A DNA stretch of 64,000 nucleotides from Patescibacteria group bacterium (GCA_020148055.1 JAHCRF010000001.1:71257-135256); one strand, 5' to 3'. Shown: positions 7,120 through 16,962, counted from the stretch's first letter. Notes: generated by a model from the sequence alone, not told the origin. A program made the numbers and translations.

Positions 7120-7842
7120 TTATTCTCTTGCTACTACTACCCCCTGGATTTCTTTAGCTCCTGATTTTTTTAAAACTCGAGCAGCCTCTTCCATAGTCGC
7201 CCCACTTGTATAAATATCATCAACTAATAAAATTCTCTTCTCAAAAATCTTATTTTGGTTCTGGCAAGAAAATGTTTCTTTAACATTTTCTTTTCTTTCC
7301 CTTTCTGAAAGTTTGACCTGAGGTAAAGTTTCTTTTATTTTTATCAAGCAATTTAAAACTAAAGGAATCTCTAAAATTTTTGAAAGTTCTTTACTAATCT
7401 CAGTTGTCTGGTTAAATCCTCGCCATCTTAACCTCTTTTCATTTAGAGGAATAGGGATTAAAATAAAGTTGGAGAAATTTGGTTTGTTGTTAAGTAATTG
7501 AAAATGAGTTATTATTAAAGAAGCTAAAGGTTTTGCCAGCTCTTTTATAAAAGGATTATATTTAAATTTCTGGATTAATTCTTTTATCAATGGATTTTGG
7601 TAGGAGAGAGCAAAATAGAGAGTACTGAGAATTTTTGGTTGACATTCAGGACACTTCTCTCCTTCTAGTAATCTTTTTGGCTTCTTGCAAAGGCAATATT
7701 GATATTGAGAAATTTCCAGGATAGATTGACAATCTTCACAAAGATAGCTTCCCCCCCGGCCGCAACTAAAACAAGATCTAGGGAAAAGGATATCTAATAA
7801 AAATTTTTTAATTTTTTCCATCATATTTACAGTTCTTTCCAA
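7120..7842 (-). CDS. comF: ComF-family competence protein / phosphoribosyltransferase-fold
   Basis: N-terminal Cys-rich zinc ribbons (CFSCG...CEDC, CPEC) and a C-terminal PRTase motif LLVDDIYTSGATM. Confidence 0.75.
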   Translation of the reverse strand: MERTVNMMEKIKKFLLDILFPRSCFSCGRGGSYLCEDCQSILEISQYQYCLCKKPKRLLEGEKCPECQPKILSTLYFALSYQNPLIKELIQKFKYNPFIKELAKPLASLIITHFQLLNNKPNFSNFILIPIPLNEKRLRWRGFNQTTEISKELSKILEIPLVLNCLIKIKETLPQVKLSERERKENVKETFSCQNQNKIFEKRILLVDDIYTSGATMEEAARVLKKSGAKEIQGVVVARE

Positions 7843-7899
7843 ATTGAGTTATAATTAACTTAGAGATTGTTTTTTAGTCTAAAGGTGTTATTATAAAAG

Positions 7900-9015
7900 A
7901 TGGTCCGATTTCCTTTTAAAATAGGTCTTAAGAGTTGCCTAGGGATAGATATTGGGACTTCCGGGATAAAAATTGTTCAATTATCACTCCAAAGAGAAAG
8001 AATAAAATTAGAAAAATATGGTGAGGCAACTGCTCGAATTTTTTATGAGAAACCTTTCAGAACTTTTGAGAAAAGTACCCTTTTACTATCTAATCAAGAT
8101 ATCGCTCGGGCAATTTTAGCTATTTGTAAAGAGGCAAAAATTTCTGAAAGGAAAGCCATTTTTGCAATCCCTGATTTTTCAAGTTTTTTTACCAGTTTTA
8201 ATCTACCGGCAATGACCAGAGAAGAGGTTTCTCAGGCAGTCAGATTTGAAGCTCGTCATCATATTCCCTTACCCTTAGCTGAAGTGAGTTTAGATTGGTC
8301 AATAATTGAAGGAGAATTAAGTGATCGAAAAAAAGTTCCTCTAAAGATCCTATTGGCGGCTGTACCTAACAATGTTATTAATCAATATCGCCAAATAGTT
8401 GTTTTGTCAAATCTTGAACTTAAGGCTTTAGAAGCTGAAGTATTTGGGCTATTAAGATCTTTGATTGGAGATGATAAGAGAGTGATTATCTTGTTAGATA
8501 TTGGAGCTCAAAGCACAAGCTGCAATATTATTGATCAGGGAATTTTAAAAGTCAGTCATAGTTTTGATGTAGCTGGAAATGAATTAACTCAAGTTTTAGC
8601 CAAGGCATTAAATGTTGATTATTTAACAGCGGAAAATTTAAAAAAAATTCATGGCCTAAAATTTTTGGTTTCCGGTGTACCTCCTATTGAAAAGAATCAA
8701 GAGATTCCCTTAATGACCAAGAAGGTTGGAGAGATTTTAAGACCTTTAATTGACCTAATTTTAACTGAAACAAAAAAGACTTCCCGAAGTTTTTATCAAA
8801 CTAAAGGGAAAAAAGTTCAAAAAGTGATTATTGCCGGCGGTTCGGCCTTACTCCCTGGTCTTAAAGAATATTTTTTCAAATCCCTTAAACAAGAAGTAGA
8901 GATTGCCAATCCTTTTTCTGACATTTTATATTCTCCAATTCTTGAAGAGACTTTGAAAAAAATGGGACCCTCTTATGCCATAGCCGTAGGTATGGCCCTG
9001 AGGGGACTCGAATAA
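7900..9015 (+). CDS. pilM: type IV pilus assembly protein PilM (actin-like ATPase fold)
   Basis: GIDIGTSGIKIVQL, DIGAQST and IIAGGSALLPGL motifs. First gene of the pilMNO order. Confidence 0.85.
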   Translation: MVRFPFKIGLKSCLGIDIGTSGIKIVQLSLQRERIKLEKYGEATARIFYEKPFRTFEKSTLLLSNQDIARAILAICKEAKISERKAIFAIPDFSSFFTSFNLPAMTREEVSQAVRFEARHHIPLPLAEVSLDWSIIEGELSDRKKVPLKILLAAVPNNVINQYRQIVVLSNLELKALEAEVFGLLRSLIGDDKRVIILLDIGAQSTSCNIIDQGILKVSHSFDVAGNELTQVLAKALNVDYLTAENLKKIHGLKFLVSGVPPIEKNQEIPLMTKKVGEILRPLIDLILTETKKTSRSFYQTKGKKVQKVIIAGGSALLPGLKEYFFKSLKQEVEIANPFSDILYSPILEETLKKMGPSYAIAVGMALRGLE

Positions 9016-9016
9016 A

Positions 9017-9544
9017 ATGGCAATAGAAATTATTCCAAAAAAAGTAGTTGGACCTTCCCCTTGGCAAAATACCTTGCTTTATTTTTTCATTTCTTTACTT
9101 TTGGTTTCCATTTTGGGTTACTTTGCCTTAGATTATTTTGTCAAAGAAGCTGATCGGACTCTTCTGGAGTTGAAAGAGGAGTTAATTGAAGCAAGATCTC
9201 CTCAACAAGTTGCCTTGGAAAAAGAAATTTCGGATTATCGAGAAAAAATCGAAGATTTCTCTTCTTTACTTGCTAGCCACCAAAAGAGTTCAAATTTTTT
9301 TGATTTCCTTGAGGAAATTACCCATCCTAAGGTTTTCTTTTCTGAGCTAAATTTGGATACTAAAGGAAATCGAGTTAGACTTTATGGTCAGGCTGATAGT
9401 TTTCAGACCCTGGGCCAACAATTGCTGATTTTTCAAAACTCTGAATTTATTCGGAATTTAAGTTTACCAGAAATTAGAATTAGAGAAGAGGGAAAAATCG
9501 GATTCATTTTTGATTTTTCTCTTAATCAAGAATTGTTTCAATAA
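9017..9544 (+). CDS. pilN: PilN-like pilus assembly protein (single N-terminal TM)
   Basis: 175 aa, one TM then a coiled coil. Called on position after pilM. Confidence 0.6.
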   Translation: MAIEIIPKKVVGPSPWQNTLLYFFISLLLVSILGYFALDYFVKEADRTLLELKEELIEARSPQQVALEKEISDYREKIEDFSSLLASHQKSSNFFDFLEEITHPKVFFSELNLDTKGNRVRLYGQADSFQTLGQQLLIFQNSEFIRNLSLPEIRIREEGKIGFIFDFSLNQELFQ

Positions 9545-9547
9545 ATT

Positions 9548-10105
9548 ATGTCTCGATTAACTTTAATTATTATTTGTTTTTTCCTCATTTTATTAATAGG
9601 CCTTTTCTTAATCTGGCCAAAATATCAAAACTTGGGAGCTCTTAAACTTGAAATTGAAGGAAAGGAAATTGAATTACAATACTTGGAAGAATATTTTCAA
9701 AGGCTCGATCAGCTTTCCCAAGAGCTTAAAAAATATGAGGCTCAACTTTCAAAGATTGATTTTGCCCTTCCCTCTGATTCTTCTTTAACTTTGCTTTCTT
9801 TAATAAATTTCCTTCAAAAAGCGAGCTCCCAAAATGGTTTAGTTTTTAAAGAATTGGGATCGTTTTCAATAATCTTACCGAAACCACCAGCCGAAGCTTC
9901 TGGTCTTCAGGAATCTCAACTTTCTTCTAAAATCAAAGAGATCTATCTTGGCTTTGAAGTTGCTGGTTCTTATTCTGCTTTGAAAAATTTCCTTAATACC
10001 TTGGAAAAAAGTGCCAAACTTATCGAAGTAGAAGAGGTTTCTTTTTCTTTTGAAGAGGAGGAGATTTTTTCTTTTATTTTTAAAATAAAAACTCATTCTT
10101 ATTAA
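9548..10105 (+). CDS. pilO: PilO-like pilus assembly protein
   Basis: 185 aa, N-terminal TM plus coiled coil. Called on position after pilN. Confidence 0.6.
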   Translation: MSRLTLIIICFFLILLIGLFLIWPKYQNLGALKLEIEGKEIELQYLEEYFQRLDQLSQELKKYEAQLSKIDFALPSDSSLTLLSLINFLQKASSQNGLVFKELGSFSIILPKPPAEASGLQESQLSSKIKEIYLGFEVAGSYSALKNFLNTLEKSAKLIEVEEVSFSFEEEEIFSFIFKIKTHSY

Positions 10106-10111
10106 AGATCT

Positions 10112-10378
10112 ATGGCTGTTACTTTTATTGAATCAAGAAAAAGGCAGAAATATCTAATTTTTATCTTAGTTGTGGTGATTTTTGGAATTGCTTTCCTAAT
10201 CTGGAATTATTTTTCAGCAAAACCAAAGCTTCCCTTCTTTAAACCTCTGCCGCCACCTGAAATAAAAATAAATTTTGAAATATTAAAAAGTCCAACTTTG
10301 GACGAACTTCAGTTATTTGAAGAGATTTTACCCTTTGAAGAGGAAATTGGTCGAGAAAATCCCTTTACTCCCTATTAG
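10112..10378 (+). CDS. small single-TM protein of the pilus locus (function unknown)
   Basis: 88 aa ORF packed tightly between pilO and pilB. One hydrophobic helix (YLIFILVVVIFGIAFLIW). Confidence 0.5.
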   Translation: MAVTFIESRKRQKYLIFILVVVIFGIAFLIWNYFSAKPKLPFFKPLPPPEIKINFEILKSPTLDELQLFEEILPFEEEIGRENPFTPY

Positions 10379-10432
10379 GTCTTGAGAAAAATCTTCATCT
10401 AATATCTATTACCTAATATCTAAATTTAGATT

Positions 10433-12160
10433 ATGACGTTAGTTCGCCAATTGATTCAAAAAAAGATCTTAAATAAAGAAAAAGCCACTTCTCTAGAATT
10501 TGAAATTAAAAGCTCGGGAAGAAAAGAGGAAGAGGTGATTTTAGAGAAAAAAATAGTTTCTGAAAGTTTTTTATTTAAGTTAAAGAGCGAAAATCTTAAA
10601 ATACCTTTGAAAGAAGTTCTTCCTGAAGATGTAATTTTCAAGGTTTTGGAGCGCATTCCTGAGGAATCAGCCAAGTATTACAAGATGATACCAATCCGTC
10701 AAAGAGACGATCTGTTGGAAGTCGGAATGGTCTATCCAGAGGATTTAAAAGCTCAAGAAGCTCTCAAATTCTTAACTCGTCAGGAAAAATTGTCTTATGA
10801 AGTCTTTTTGATTACCCCTACTACTTTTAATAATCTCTTGAAGAAATACCGAACTTTGAAAAAAGAAGTCACTAAGGCTTTAGAGGAGTTAGAAGAAGAA
10901 ATAAAGGTAGAGAAAGTTAAAGCTAGGCCTTTGGCTCCTGCTGAATTCGAAAGATTGGTTGAAGAGGCTCCAATTTCTAAAGTAGTGGCCGTGATGTTGA
11001 GGCACGCAGTAGAAGGAGATGCTTCTGATATTCATATCGAACCAACCAGAGATAAATTAAAAGTTCGATTCCGGTTAGATGGAGTTTTACATTCTTCTCT
11101 CCTCTTACCTATTAGAATCCATCAAGCTGTGGTAGCCAGAGTTAAAATTCTATCTAATCTTAAGATTGATGAAATGAGAGTGCCTCAAGACGGTAGATTT
11201 TCGACTAGAATAGATGGTCAAGACATTGATTTCCGGGTTTCCACTTTTCCGACTACCGAAGGAGAAAAAGTGGCAATCAGAGTTTTAGACCCTTCAAAAG
11301 GAATGTTGAGCTTGGAAGAATTGGGGATGGTTGGTAGAAATCTCGAGGTGATAAAGGAAGCGATAAAAAAACCCTATGGGATGATTTTAGCTACTGGTCC
11401 CACCGGGACAGGGAAAACCACTACCTTGTACGCTATTTTAAAAATTTTAAATCAGGAAGGAGTAAATATTGTTGCTTTAGAAGATCCGGTTGAATATTAT
11501 ATTGGAGGGATTAATCAGTCCCAGATGAGACCGGATATCGGTTATACTTTTGCCACCGGTTTGCGGCATGTTGTCAGACAGGATCCTGATATCATTATGG
11601 TTGGAGAGATTCGAGATGAGGAAACAGCTTCCTTAGCTACCCATGCTGCCTTAACTGGCCATGTTGTTTTATCTACCTTGCATACTACCAATGCCTTAGG
11701 AACAATCCCTCGACTTATTGATTTAGGAATTCAACCTTATTTAATTCCCCCCACTATAAGTATCTCTTTAGCCCAGAGATTGGTTAGGAGATTGTGTCCA
11801 GAATGTAAAAAGAAAGTCAAACCAAAATTAAAAATCAGAGATTTAATTTTGAAAGAAACTGAAGCTCTTTCTCTAACAGCTAAAAAAGATCTTAAGATCT
11901 CGAAAAGCTTCTCAATTTTTGAGCCTAAGGGTTGTAAAAAATGTCGTTTTGAAGGTTATTCTGGTCGAATTGGGCTTTTTGAAGTTTTAGTAATGACCGA
12001 TGAACTTTCTGAGCTAATCTTGAAGGAACCTTCAGAAGTTAAGATTGCTGAGGAGGCCGAAAACCAGGGAATGATTACAATGAAACAAGACGGTATTTTA
12101 AAAGTTTTAGATGGCATCACTTCAATTGAAGAAGTTTTGAGAGTGGCTGAGGAGAAATAA
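10433..12160 (+). CDS. pilB: type IV pilus assembly (extension) ATPase PilB/GspE family
   Basis: N-terminal GSPII-type domain, Walker A GPTGTGKTTT, Asp/His boxes and a tetracysteine CPEC...CKKC. Confidence 0.9.
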   Translation: MTLVRQLIQKKILNKEKATSLEFEIKSSGRKEEEVILEKKIVSESFLFKLKSENLKIPLKEVLPEDVIFKVLERIPEESAKYYKMIPIRQRDDLLEVGMVYPEDLKAQEALKFLTRQEKLSYEVFLITPTTFNNLLKKYRTLKKEVTKALEELEEEIKVEKVKARPLAPAEFERLVEEAPISKVVAVMLRHAVEGDASDIHIEPTRDKLKVRFRLDGVLHSSLLLPIRIHQAVVARVKILSNLKIDEMRVPQDGRFSTRIDGQDIDFRVSTFPTTEGEKVAIRVLDPSKGMLSLEELGMVGRNLEVIKEAIKKPYGMILATGPTGTGKTTTLYAILKILNQEGVNIVALEDPVEYYIGGINQSQMRPDIGYTFATGLRHVVRQDPDIIMVGEIRDEETASLATHAALTGHVVLSTLHTTNALGTIPRLIDLGIQPYLIPPTISISLAQRLVRRLCPECKKKVKPKLKIRDLILKETEALSLTAKKDLKISKSFSIFEPKGCKKCRFEGYSGRIGLFEVLVMTDELSELILKEPSEVKIAEEAENQGMITMKQDGILKVLDGITSIEEVLRVAEEK

Positions 12161-12166
12161 AATTAT

Positions 12167-12532
12167 ATGAGGTCAATTTTATTGGTTGAGGACGATCCTT
12201 TTATCATTGATATTTATACTACTAAATTGAAAGAGGCCGGATTTTTTATTGAGATAGCCGAAGATGGTGAAGAGGCCTTGAAAAAAATAAGAGAAAAAAA
12301 ACCCGACCTTTTAGTTTTAGATATTGTTCTGCCTAACATTGATGGATGGGAACTTCTTAAGAGAGTTAGAACCGAATTAGGTTGCGAAGATTTAAAAGTA
12401 GTTGTTTTTTCCAATCTCAGCCAAAAGGCAGACGTTGAAAAAAGTTTGGAATTTGGAGTAATAAAATATTTCATTAAAGCGGATTTTACTCCAAGTGAAG
12501 TGGTTGAAGAAATAAAGAAAATACTAAAATAA
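12167..12532 (+). CDS. stand-alone response-regulator receiver (CheY-like)
   Basis: 121 aa. Has the LLVEDD acidic pocket, phospho-acceptor context LLVLDIVLP, and S..K later. Confidence 0.85.
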   Translation: MRSILLVEDDPFIIDIYTTKLKEAGFFIEIAEDGEEALKKIREKKPDLLVLDIVLPNIDGWELLKRVRTELGCEDLKVVVFSNLSQKADVEKSLEFGVIKYFIKADFTPSEVVEEIKKILK

Positions 12533-12540
12533 TTTTAATT

Positions 12541-13608
12541 ATGGACTATTCTTCTCAACTTAGAGAATTATTGAATTTTACCATCCAAGAGAAAGCCTCT
12601 GATTTACATATTTCAGTTGGTCATCCTCCAGTTTTAAGGATAAGTGGTCGACTTATCCCCTTAATTAAATTCAAAAAAATTACTTCCGGAGACTCTCAGG
12701 GGTTAGCTTTTGAATTAATGACAGAGGAACAAAGAGAAAGATTTCTTCAGAAAAAAGAAATCGATTTTTCTTATAATTTTGAAGGAAGGGCAAGATTTAG
12801 AATCAATATTTTTTTTGCAAGTGGAAATATTTCCTCTGCTCTTCGTCTCATTCCAGCCAAAATTCCAACCATTGAAGAATTGAATCTTCCTCCAATTTTG
12901 CATCAATTTACCAAGCCTTCTCAGGGATTTGTTTTAGTTACTGGTCCCTCATCTCATGGAAAATCAACGACTCTAGCGGCTCTACTTGATGAGGTAAATC
13001 ATACCAGAAACGATCATATAATCACTATTGAGGATCCAATTGAATATGTTTTTGAGGACGATCGTTGTATTATTGACCAAAGGGAAGTTTATCAAGATAC
13101 AATCTCTTTTGCCCAAGCCCTAAGATCAACTTTCCGCCAAGACCCTGACGTAATTATGGTGGGAGAAATGAGAGATTTAGAAACCATGGCCACCGCTATT
13201 TCTGCTGCTGAAACCGGGCACTTGGTCTTCGCTACTTTACACACCAATTCAGCCTCCCAGAGTATCCATCGAATTGTTGATTCTTTTCCTCCTTTACAGC
13301 AAAGTCAAGTTAGAGCCCAATTATCAGGCTCTCTTTTAGGAGTAATTTCCCAGAGATTAATTCCTAGAATTAAAGGAGGCTTGATCCCTACTTGTGAAAT
13401 AATGATTAATACCTCGGCTGTGGCTAATTTAATTCGGGAAAACAAAATTCATGAATTACCCTTGGTTATTGAAACCTCAGCTGAAATCGGAATGGCTTCT
13501 TTAAATCGGTCTTTAGCCAATCTGGTTAGAGCAAAAGAAATTTCTTTAGAAAACGCCTTACTTTATTCTCTTAATCCAGTTGAACTAAAAAAACTTCTTA
13601 GATATTAA
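12541..13608 (+). CDS. pilT: twitching-motility (retraction) ATPase PilT
   Basis: 355 aa. Has Walker A GPSSHGKSTT, MVGEMRD and TGHLVFATLHT. Confidence 0.9.
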   Translation: MDYSSQLRELLNFTIQEKASDLHISVGHPPVLRISGRLIPLIKFKKITSGDSQGLAFELMTEEQRERFLQKKEIDFSYNFEGRARFRINIFFASGNISSALRLIPAKIPTIEELNLPPILHQFTKPSQGFVLVTGPSSHGKSTTLAALLDEVNHTRNDHIITIEDPIEYVFEDDRCIIDQREVYQDTISFAQALRSTFRQDPDVIMVGEMRDLETMATAISAAETGHLVFATLHTNSASQSIHRIVDSFPPLQQSQVRAQLSGSLLGVISQRLIPRIKGGLIPTCEIMINTSAVANLIRENKIHELPLVIETSAEIGMASLNRSLANLVRAKEISLENALLYSLNPVELKKLLRY

Positions 13609-13614
13609 AATAAA

Positions 13615-14826
13615 ATGAGATTTAATTATCAGGCCAGAACTAAAGCCGGTTCGCTTCAAAGCGGAACAGTTGAATCCTCTTCCCGAGAGGCAGCTTTAAC
13701 TCTTTTGGAAAAATATGGACTTTATGTCACTTCTTTAGAAAGGGCAGAAGTAATGCCAGTTTTTTTTAGAAAAATAAAGCTTTTCCAGAGAATCTCTAGT
13801 GGGGAGATAGTCAGTTTTTCAAGGCAATTGGCCATTATGTTTAAATCGAGAATTCCAATAGTGGAGATTTTTTATACTCTAGCCAAACAGACTAAAAATC
13901 CAAGTTTTAAAGAAAAAATTATTAAAATTGCTGAAGATGTAGAAGGGGGAGGTCCTCTTTCTTCTACCCTAGCTAAGCATCCGAGAATTTTTAGTCAATT
14001 CTATATCAGTATGGTCAAATCTGGCGAAGTTTCTGGAGAACTTTCAGAAGTTTTAGATTATTTAGCTGACCATTTGGAAAGGGAAAGGGATTTCCGTTCA
14101 AAAATGATTGGCGCAATGATTTATCCCGTCTTAGTTTTAATAGTTGTCTTAGTCGTAATTGTGGCAATGACCCTTTTTGTTATTCCCAAATTAGGTGACA
14201 TGATAAAAGAAATGGAGATGGAGACTCCTTTTATAACTGATCTTGTTTTAGGTTTTTCTGATCTTTTAAGAAAATGGGGAATATTTTTTATTGTTGGTGT
14301 TTTTATCTTAATGTTTGCCTTTTCCCGGTTCTTCAAGACCAAGCAGGGGAAAATAATTTTTGATAAATTTTCTTTGAAATTCCCTATAATTGGCGGTTTT
14401 TTACAAAAGCTTTATCTTACTCGTTTTGCCGAAAATTTGTCAACCTTAATTTCAGGAGGCTTGCCAATTGCCCGGGCTTTAGAAATCACCGCTGACATAG
14501 TTGGAAACGATGTTTACAAAAGCATCATTTTAACAGCTCGAGACGGGGTGAGAAGAGGAGAAACAATATCTTCTATTTTAGAAAAGTATCCTGAAGATGT
14601 CCCTCCTTTATTTACCCAGATGACCTTAGTTGGAGAGAGGGCTGGTCAAATAAGTCCAGCCCTAATGAATATCGTTGGTTTTTATCGAAAGGACGTTGAA
14701 AGAACTCTTGATAACTTTGTCAGTTTTCTTGAGCCACTTTTACTTATATTTTTAGGAGTAGTAGTTGCCGGATTAGTAGCCAGTGTTTTAATGCCAATCT
14801 ATCAGGTTGCCTTAGGAGGAATATAG
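13615..14826 (+). CDS. pilC: type IV pilus platform protein PilC (GspF family)
   Basis: 403 aa polytopic protein with duplicated T2SS-F-type domains. Confidence 0.85.
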   Translation: MRFNYQARTKAGSLQSGTVESSSREAALTLLEKYGLYVTSLERAEVMPVFFRKIKLFQRISSGEIVSFSRQLAIMFKSRIPIVEIFYTLAKQTKNPSFKEKIIKIAEDVEGGGPLSSTLAKHPRIFSQFYISMVKSGEVSGELSEVLDYLADHLERERDFRSKMIGAMIYPVLVLIVVLVVIVAMTLFVIPKLGDMIKEMEMETPFITDLVLGFSDLLRKWGIFFIVGVFILMFAFSRFFKTKQGKIIFDKFSLKFPIIGGFLQKLYLTRFAENLSTLISGGLPIARALEITADIVGNDVYKSIILTARDGVRRGETISSILEKYPEDVPPLFTQMTLVGERAGQISPALMNIVGFYRKDVERTLDNFVSFLEPLLLIFLGVVVAGLVASVLMPIYQVALGGI

Positions 14827-14856
14827 AAGTTTTCCACAGTTCGACTTATAAAGATT

Positions 14857-14865
14857 TGTTATAAT
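14857..14865 (+). promoter_or_regulatory. extended -10 (TGtTATAAT) upstream of the major pilin gene
   Basis: Motif read directly. No good -35 was seen. Confidence 0.35.
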
Positions 14866-14894
14866 AAAAATTGAGCCCTTCTAATGGAACTGAA

Positions 14895-14933
14895 TAAAAA
14901 ATCAAAAGGTCGAAAATCAAAAATTTCAAAAAT
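14895..14933. repeat. degenerate 'tcaaaag/tcgaaaa' word array in the pilin leader
   Basis: aatcaaaaggtcgaaaatcaaaaatttcaaaaa resembles the reverse complement of the valS array (701-735). Confidence 0.6.
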
Positions 14934-14951
14934 TAATGACTAATAATTAAA

Positions 14952-15449
14952 ATGGAAATTATGGTTAAGAAAAAAGGTTTTACCTTAATCGAGCTTCTAG
15001 TGGTAATTGCCATCATTGGAATTTTAGCTTCGATTGTTTTGGTCTCTTTAGGTGGAGCAAGGGCAAAAGCGAGAGATGCCAGGATTACAGGAGCTATGTC
15101 TCAGATTCGAACCAAGGCTGAATTGGTTAATGCAGCAGAAAATGCTTACACTCTTTTGGCCTGTGGTTATGATACTGAAATGACATCCCTTTGTAATGAC
15201 ATCGATAAACAGTGTCCTAGTGGAACATCAGGATGTGGAGCAGATGATGCAGACGGAGGAACTGAGGATGTAACAATTCAAGCGAGTGCTGATAAATACT
15301 GTGCCCATACCCCGCTGAATGTTCAATACGGTGGAGCTAACGATTACTATTGTGCAGATAGCACAGGAAGAGCCGGTAATACTACTACTGCACCCGGTGT
15401 CGCACCTTATTGCATTGCCCCAACTTACGTCTGTCCTGCTGTAAGATAG
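14952..15449 (+). CDS. type IV major pilin (Cys-rich C-terminal domain)
   Basis: Class III signal KKGFTLIELLVVIAIIGILA. C-terminal YC..TPLN..YYCADSTGRAG..YC...CP. Confidence 0.85.
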   Translation: MEIMVKKKGFTLIELLVVIAIIGILASIVLVSLGGARAKARDARITGAMSQIRTKAELVNAAENAYTLLACGYDTEMTSLCNDIDKQCPSGTSGCGADDADGGTEDVTIQASADKYCAHTPLNVQYGGANDYYCADSTGRAGNTTTAPGVAPYCIAPTYVCPAVR

Positions 15450-15541
15450 TTAATAATTGAAAAGCTTCTATTTGGTTTGATAATCCAAATGTGTTAGGGA
15501 CTCTGAAATTAAAGAGTATCAGAGTTATTTGATTTGAAATA

Positions 15542-16012
15542 ATGTTATTTTTCCTTAAGAAATCTAGAGGTTTTATTTTATTTAAAGATCAAAAATTTTC
15601 GGATGGTTTTACTTTGGTTGAACTCTTGGTAGTTATTGCTATTATCGGACTTTTAGCTTCGGTTGCTTCAGTTATTGCAATGGAGGCTCGAAAGCGAGGT
15701 AGAGATACAGGTATTCAGGCTAGTTTAGCCCAAGCAAGATTCGAAGCCGCCTTGATCCATAATAGCGATAAGTCTTATGTTGCTCTCTGTGATGCTAGTG
15801 ATACTCTTAATGATGCTAATGATAATCTCCGTATAATCGAGGATGGAGTTAGAAAATATGCCGGTGTTGACCCGATTTGTTATGCTGCTAAAGATACTTA
15901 TTGTGTTCAGTCTCCGTTAAATATAGGTGGTTATTATTGTTTAGACTCAACTGGATTTGCCGGGAAAATAACTGATTCCACTTATTGTCCAGCAAATACT
16001 CGTTGCCCCTGA
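15542..16012 (+). CDS. type IV pilin paralog with an unusually long leader peptide
   Basis: ...FSDG|FTLVELLVVIAIIGLLA about 22 aa from the start. Shares the YC.QSPLN..YYCLDSTGFAG..YC...CP tail with 14952-15449. Confidence 0.8.
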   Translation: MLFFLKKSRGFILFKDQKFSDGFTLVELLVVIAIIGLLASVASVIAMEARKRGRDTGIQASLAQARFEAALIHNSDKSYVALCDASDTLNDANDNLRIIEDGVRKYAGVDPICYAAKDTYCVQSPLNIGGYYCLDSTGFAGKITDSTYCPANTRCP

Positions 16013-16092
16013 TAAAAAGGTCAAATCTATTTTTTGTGGCGTAATAAAAAAATTTAATAAGATTGAGATAAATCCCGATGGATTTTTAAATT

Positions 16093-16123
16093 TGCTCCGG
16101 GCTTCGGCCGGGCAGATTTTTTT
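16093..16123 (+). terminator. probable intrinsic terminator after the pilin genes
   Basis: Imperfect GC hairpin gctccgggcttcggccgggcag followed by T7. Confidence 0.55.
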
Positions 16124-16161
16124 GTATTTCGATTTACTAACAGATTAGCTATAATAAAAAA

Positions 16162-16962
16162 ATGGAGTTGGTTTCCTTTTTCTCTCTTTTTATTTTCCTT
16201 TTTGGATTAGCAGTAGGTAGTTTTTTAAATTCAATAATTCACCGCTTACATACCGGCGAAAGTTTTCTATTTACTCATTCCTATTGTCCTCATTGTAAGC
16301 ACAAATTAAGCTGGCAAGATTTAATTCCTATTTTGAGTTTTCTAATTTTAAAAGGAAAATGCCGATATTGTAAAAAAAAGGTGTCCTTGCAATATCCCTT
16401 GGTTGAGTCAGCAACTGGAATTTTATTTATTTTAACTACCCATTACACACTACTTACTATAAGCTACGAAAGTTTACTGTTTACTGTTTACTGTTTACTG
16501 TTAAGTTGTTTCTTAATAATAATTTTCGTTTACGATTTAAAACACTATATTATTCCGGATAAAATAATTTATCCTGCAATAGGCATTGCCTTTATCTATA
16601 ATATTCTTTATTCATACTTCATAATTCATAATTCCTATTTCCTTGTAAATAGTTTATTAGCAGCCTTTACTGGAGGCCTCTCTTTTCTTTTTATTTTTCT
16701 CCTTTCGGGTGGCAAATGGATGGGTTTTGGTGATGTTAAGTTAGTTTTCTTTATGGGTCTTTTTTTGAGTTTTCCAGATATTTTGGTTGCTCTGTTTTTA
16801 GCCTTTTTAGTTGGTGCTATAATAGGGATAGGGTTGATTTCGGCTGGTAAAAAAACTCTTAAGAGTGAAGTTCCTTTTGGCCCTTTTCTGGTGACAGGAG
16901 CCTTTATCGCTTTCTGTTTCGGAAATCAAATAGTAAATTGGTATTTAAAAATTTTAAGATGA
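16162..16962 (+). CDS. pilD: prepilin peptidase PilD (A24 family) with N-terminal Cys4 domain
   Basis: CPHC...CRYC, multiple TMs and the GFGDVKL catalytic Asp context. TATAAT lies 6 nt upstream of the ATG. Carries two heptamer arrays. Confidence 0.85.
   Translation: MELVSFFSLFIFLFGLAVGSFLNSIIHRLHTGESFLFTHSYCPHCKHKLSWQDLIPILSFLILKGKCRYCKKKVSLQYPLVESATGILFILTTHYTLLTISYESLLFTVYCLLLSCFLIIIFVYDLKHYIIPDKIIYPAIGIAFIYNILYSYFIIHNSYFLVNSLLAAFTGGLSFLFIFLLSGGKWMGFGDVKLVFFMGLFLSFPDILVALFLAFLVGAIIGIGLISAGKKTLKSEVPFGPFLVTGAFIAFCFGNQIVNWYLKILR
16472..16506. repeat. five-heptamer array (gtttact x4 + gttaagt) inside pilD
   Basis: Direct reading. Encodes ..LLFTVYCLLLSC... Confidence 0.8.
16607..16641. repeat. 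five-heptamer array (tttattc atacttc ataattc ataattc ctatttc) inside pilD
   Basis: Contains the 18-mer attcatacttcataattc, which is identical to part of the rpoB-rpoC spacer arm (30522-30556). Confidence 0.8.

Noticed and set aside
6840-7213. Track ORFs 6840..7049(-) and 6902..7213(+)
   Set aside because: They are translations of the two tRNA-Ser genes and the terminator, as shown by the GC-rich tRNA sequence. They are not protein coding.
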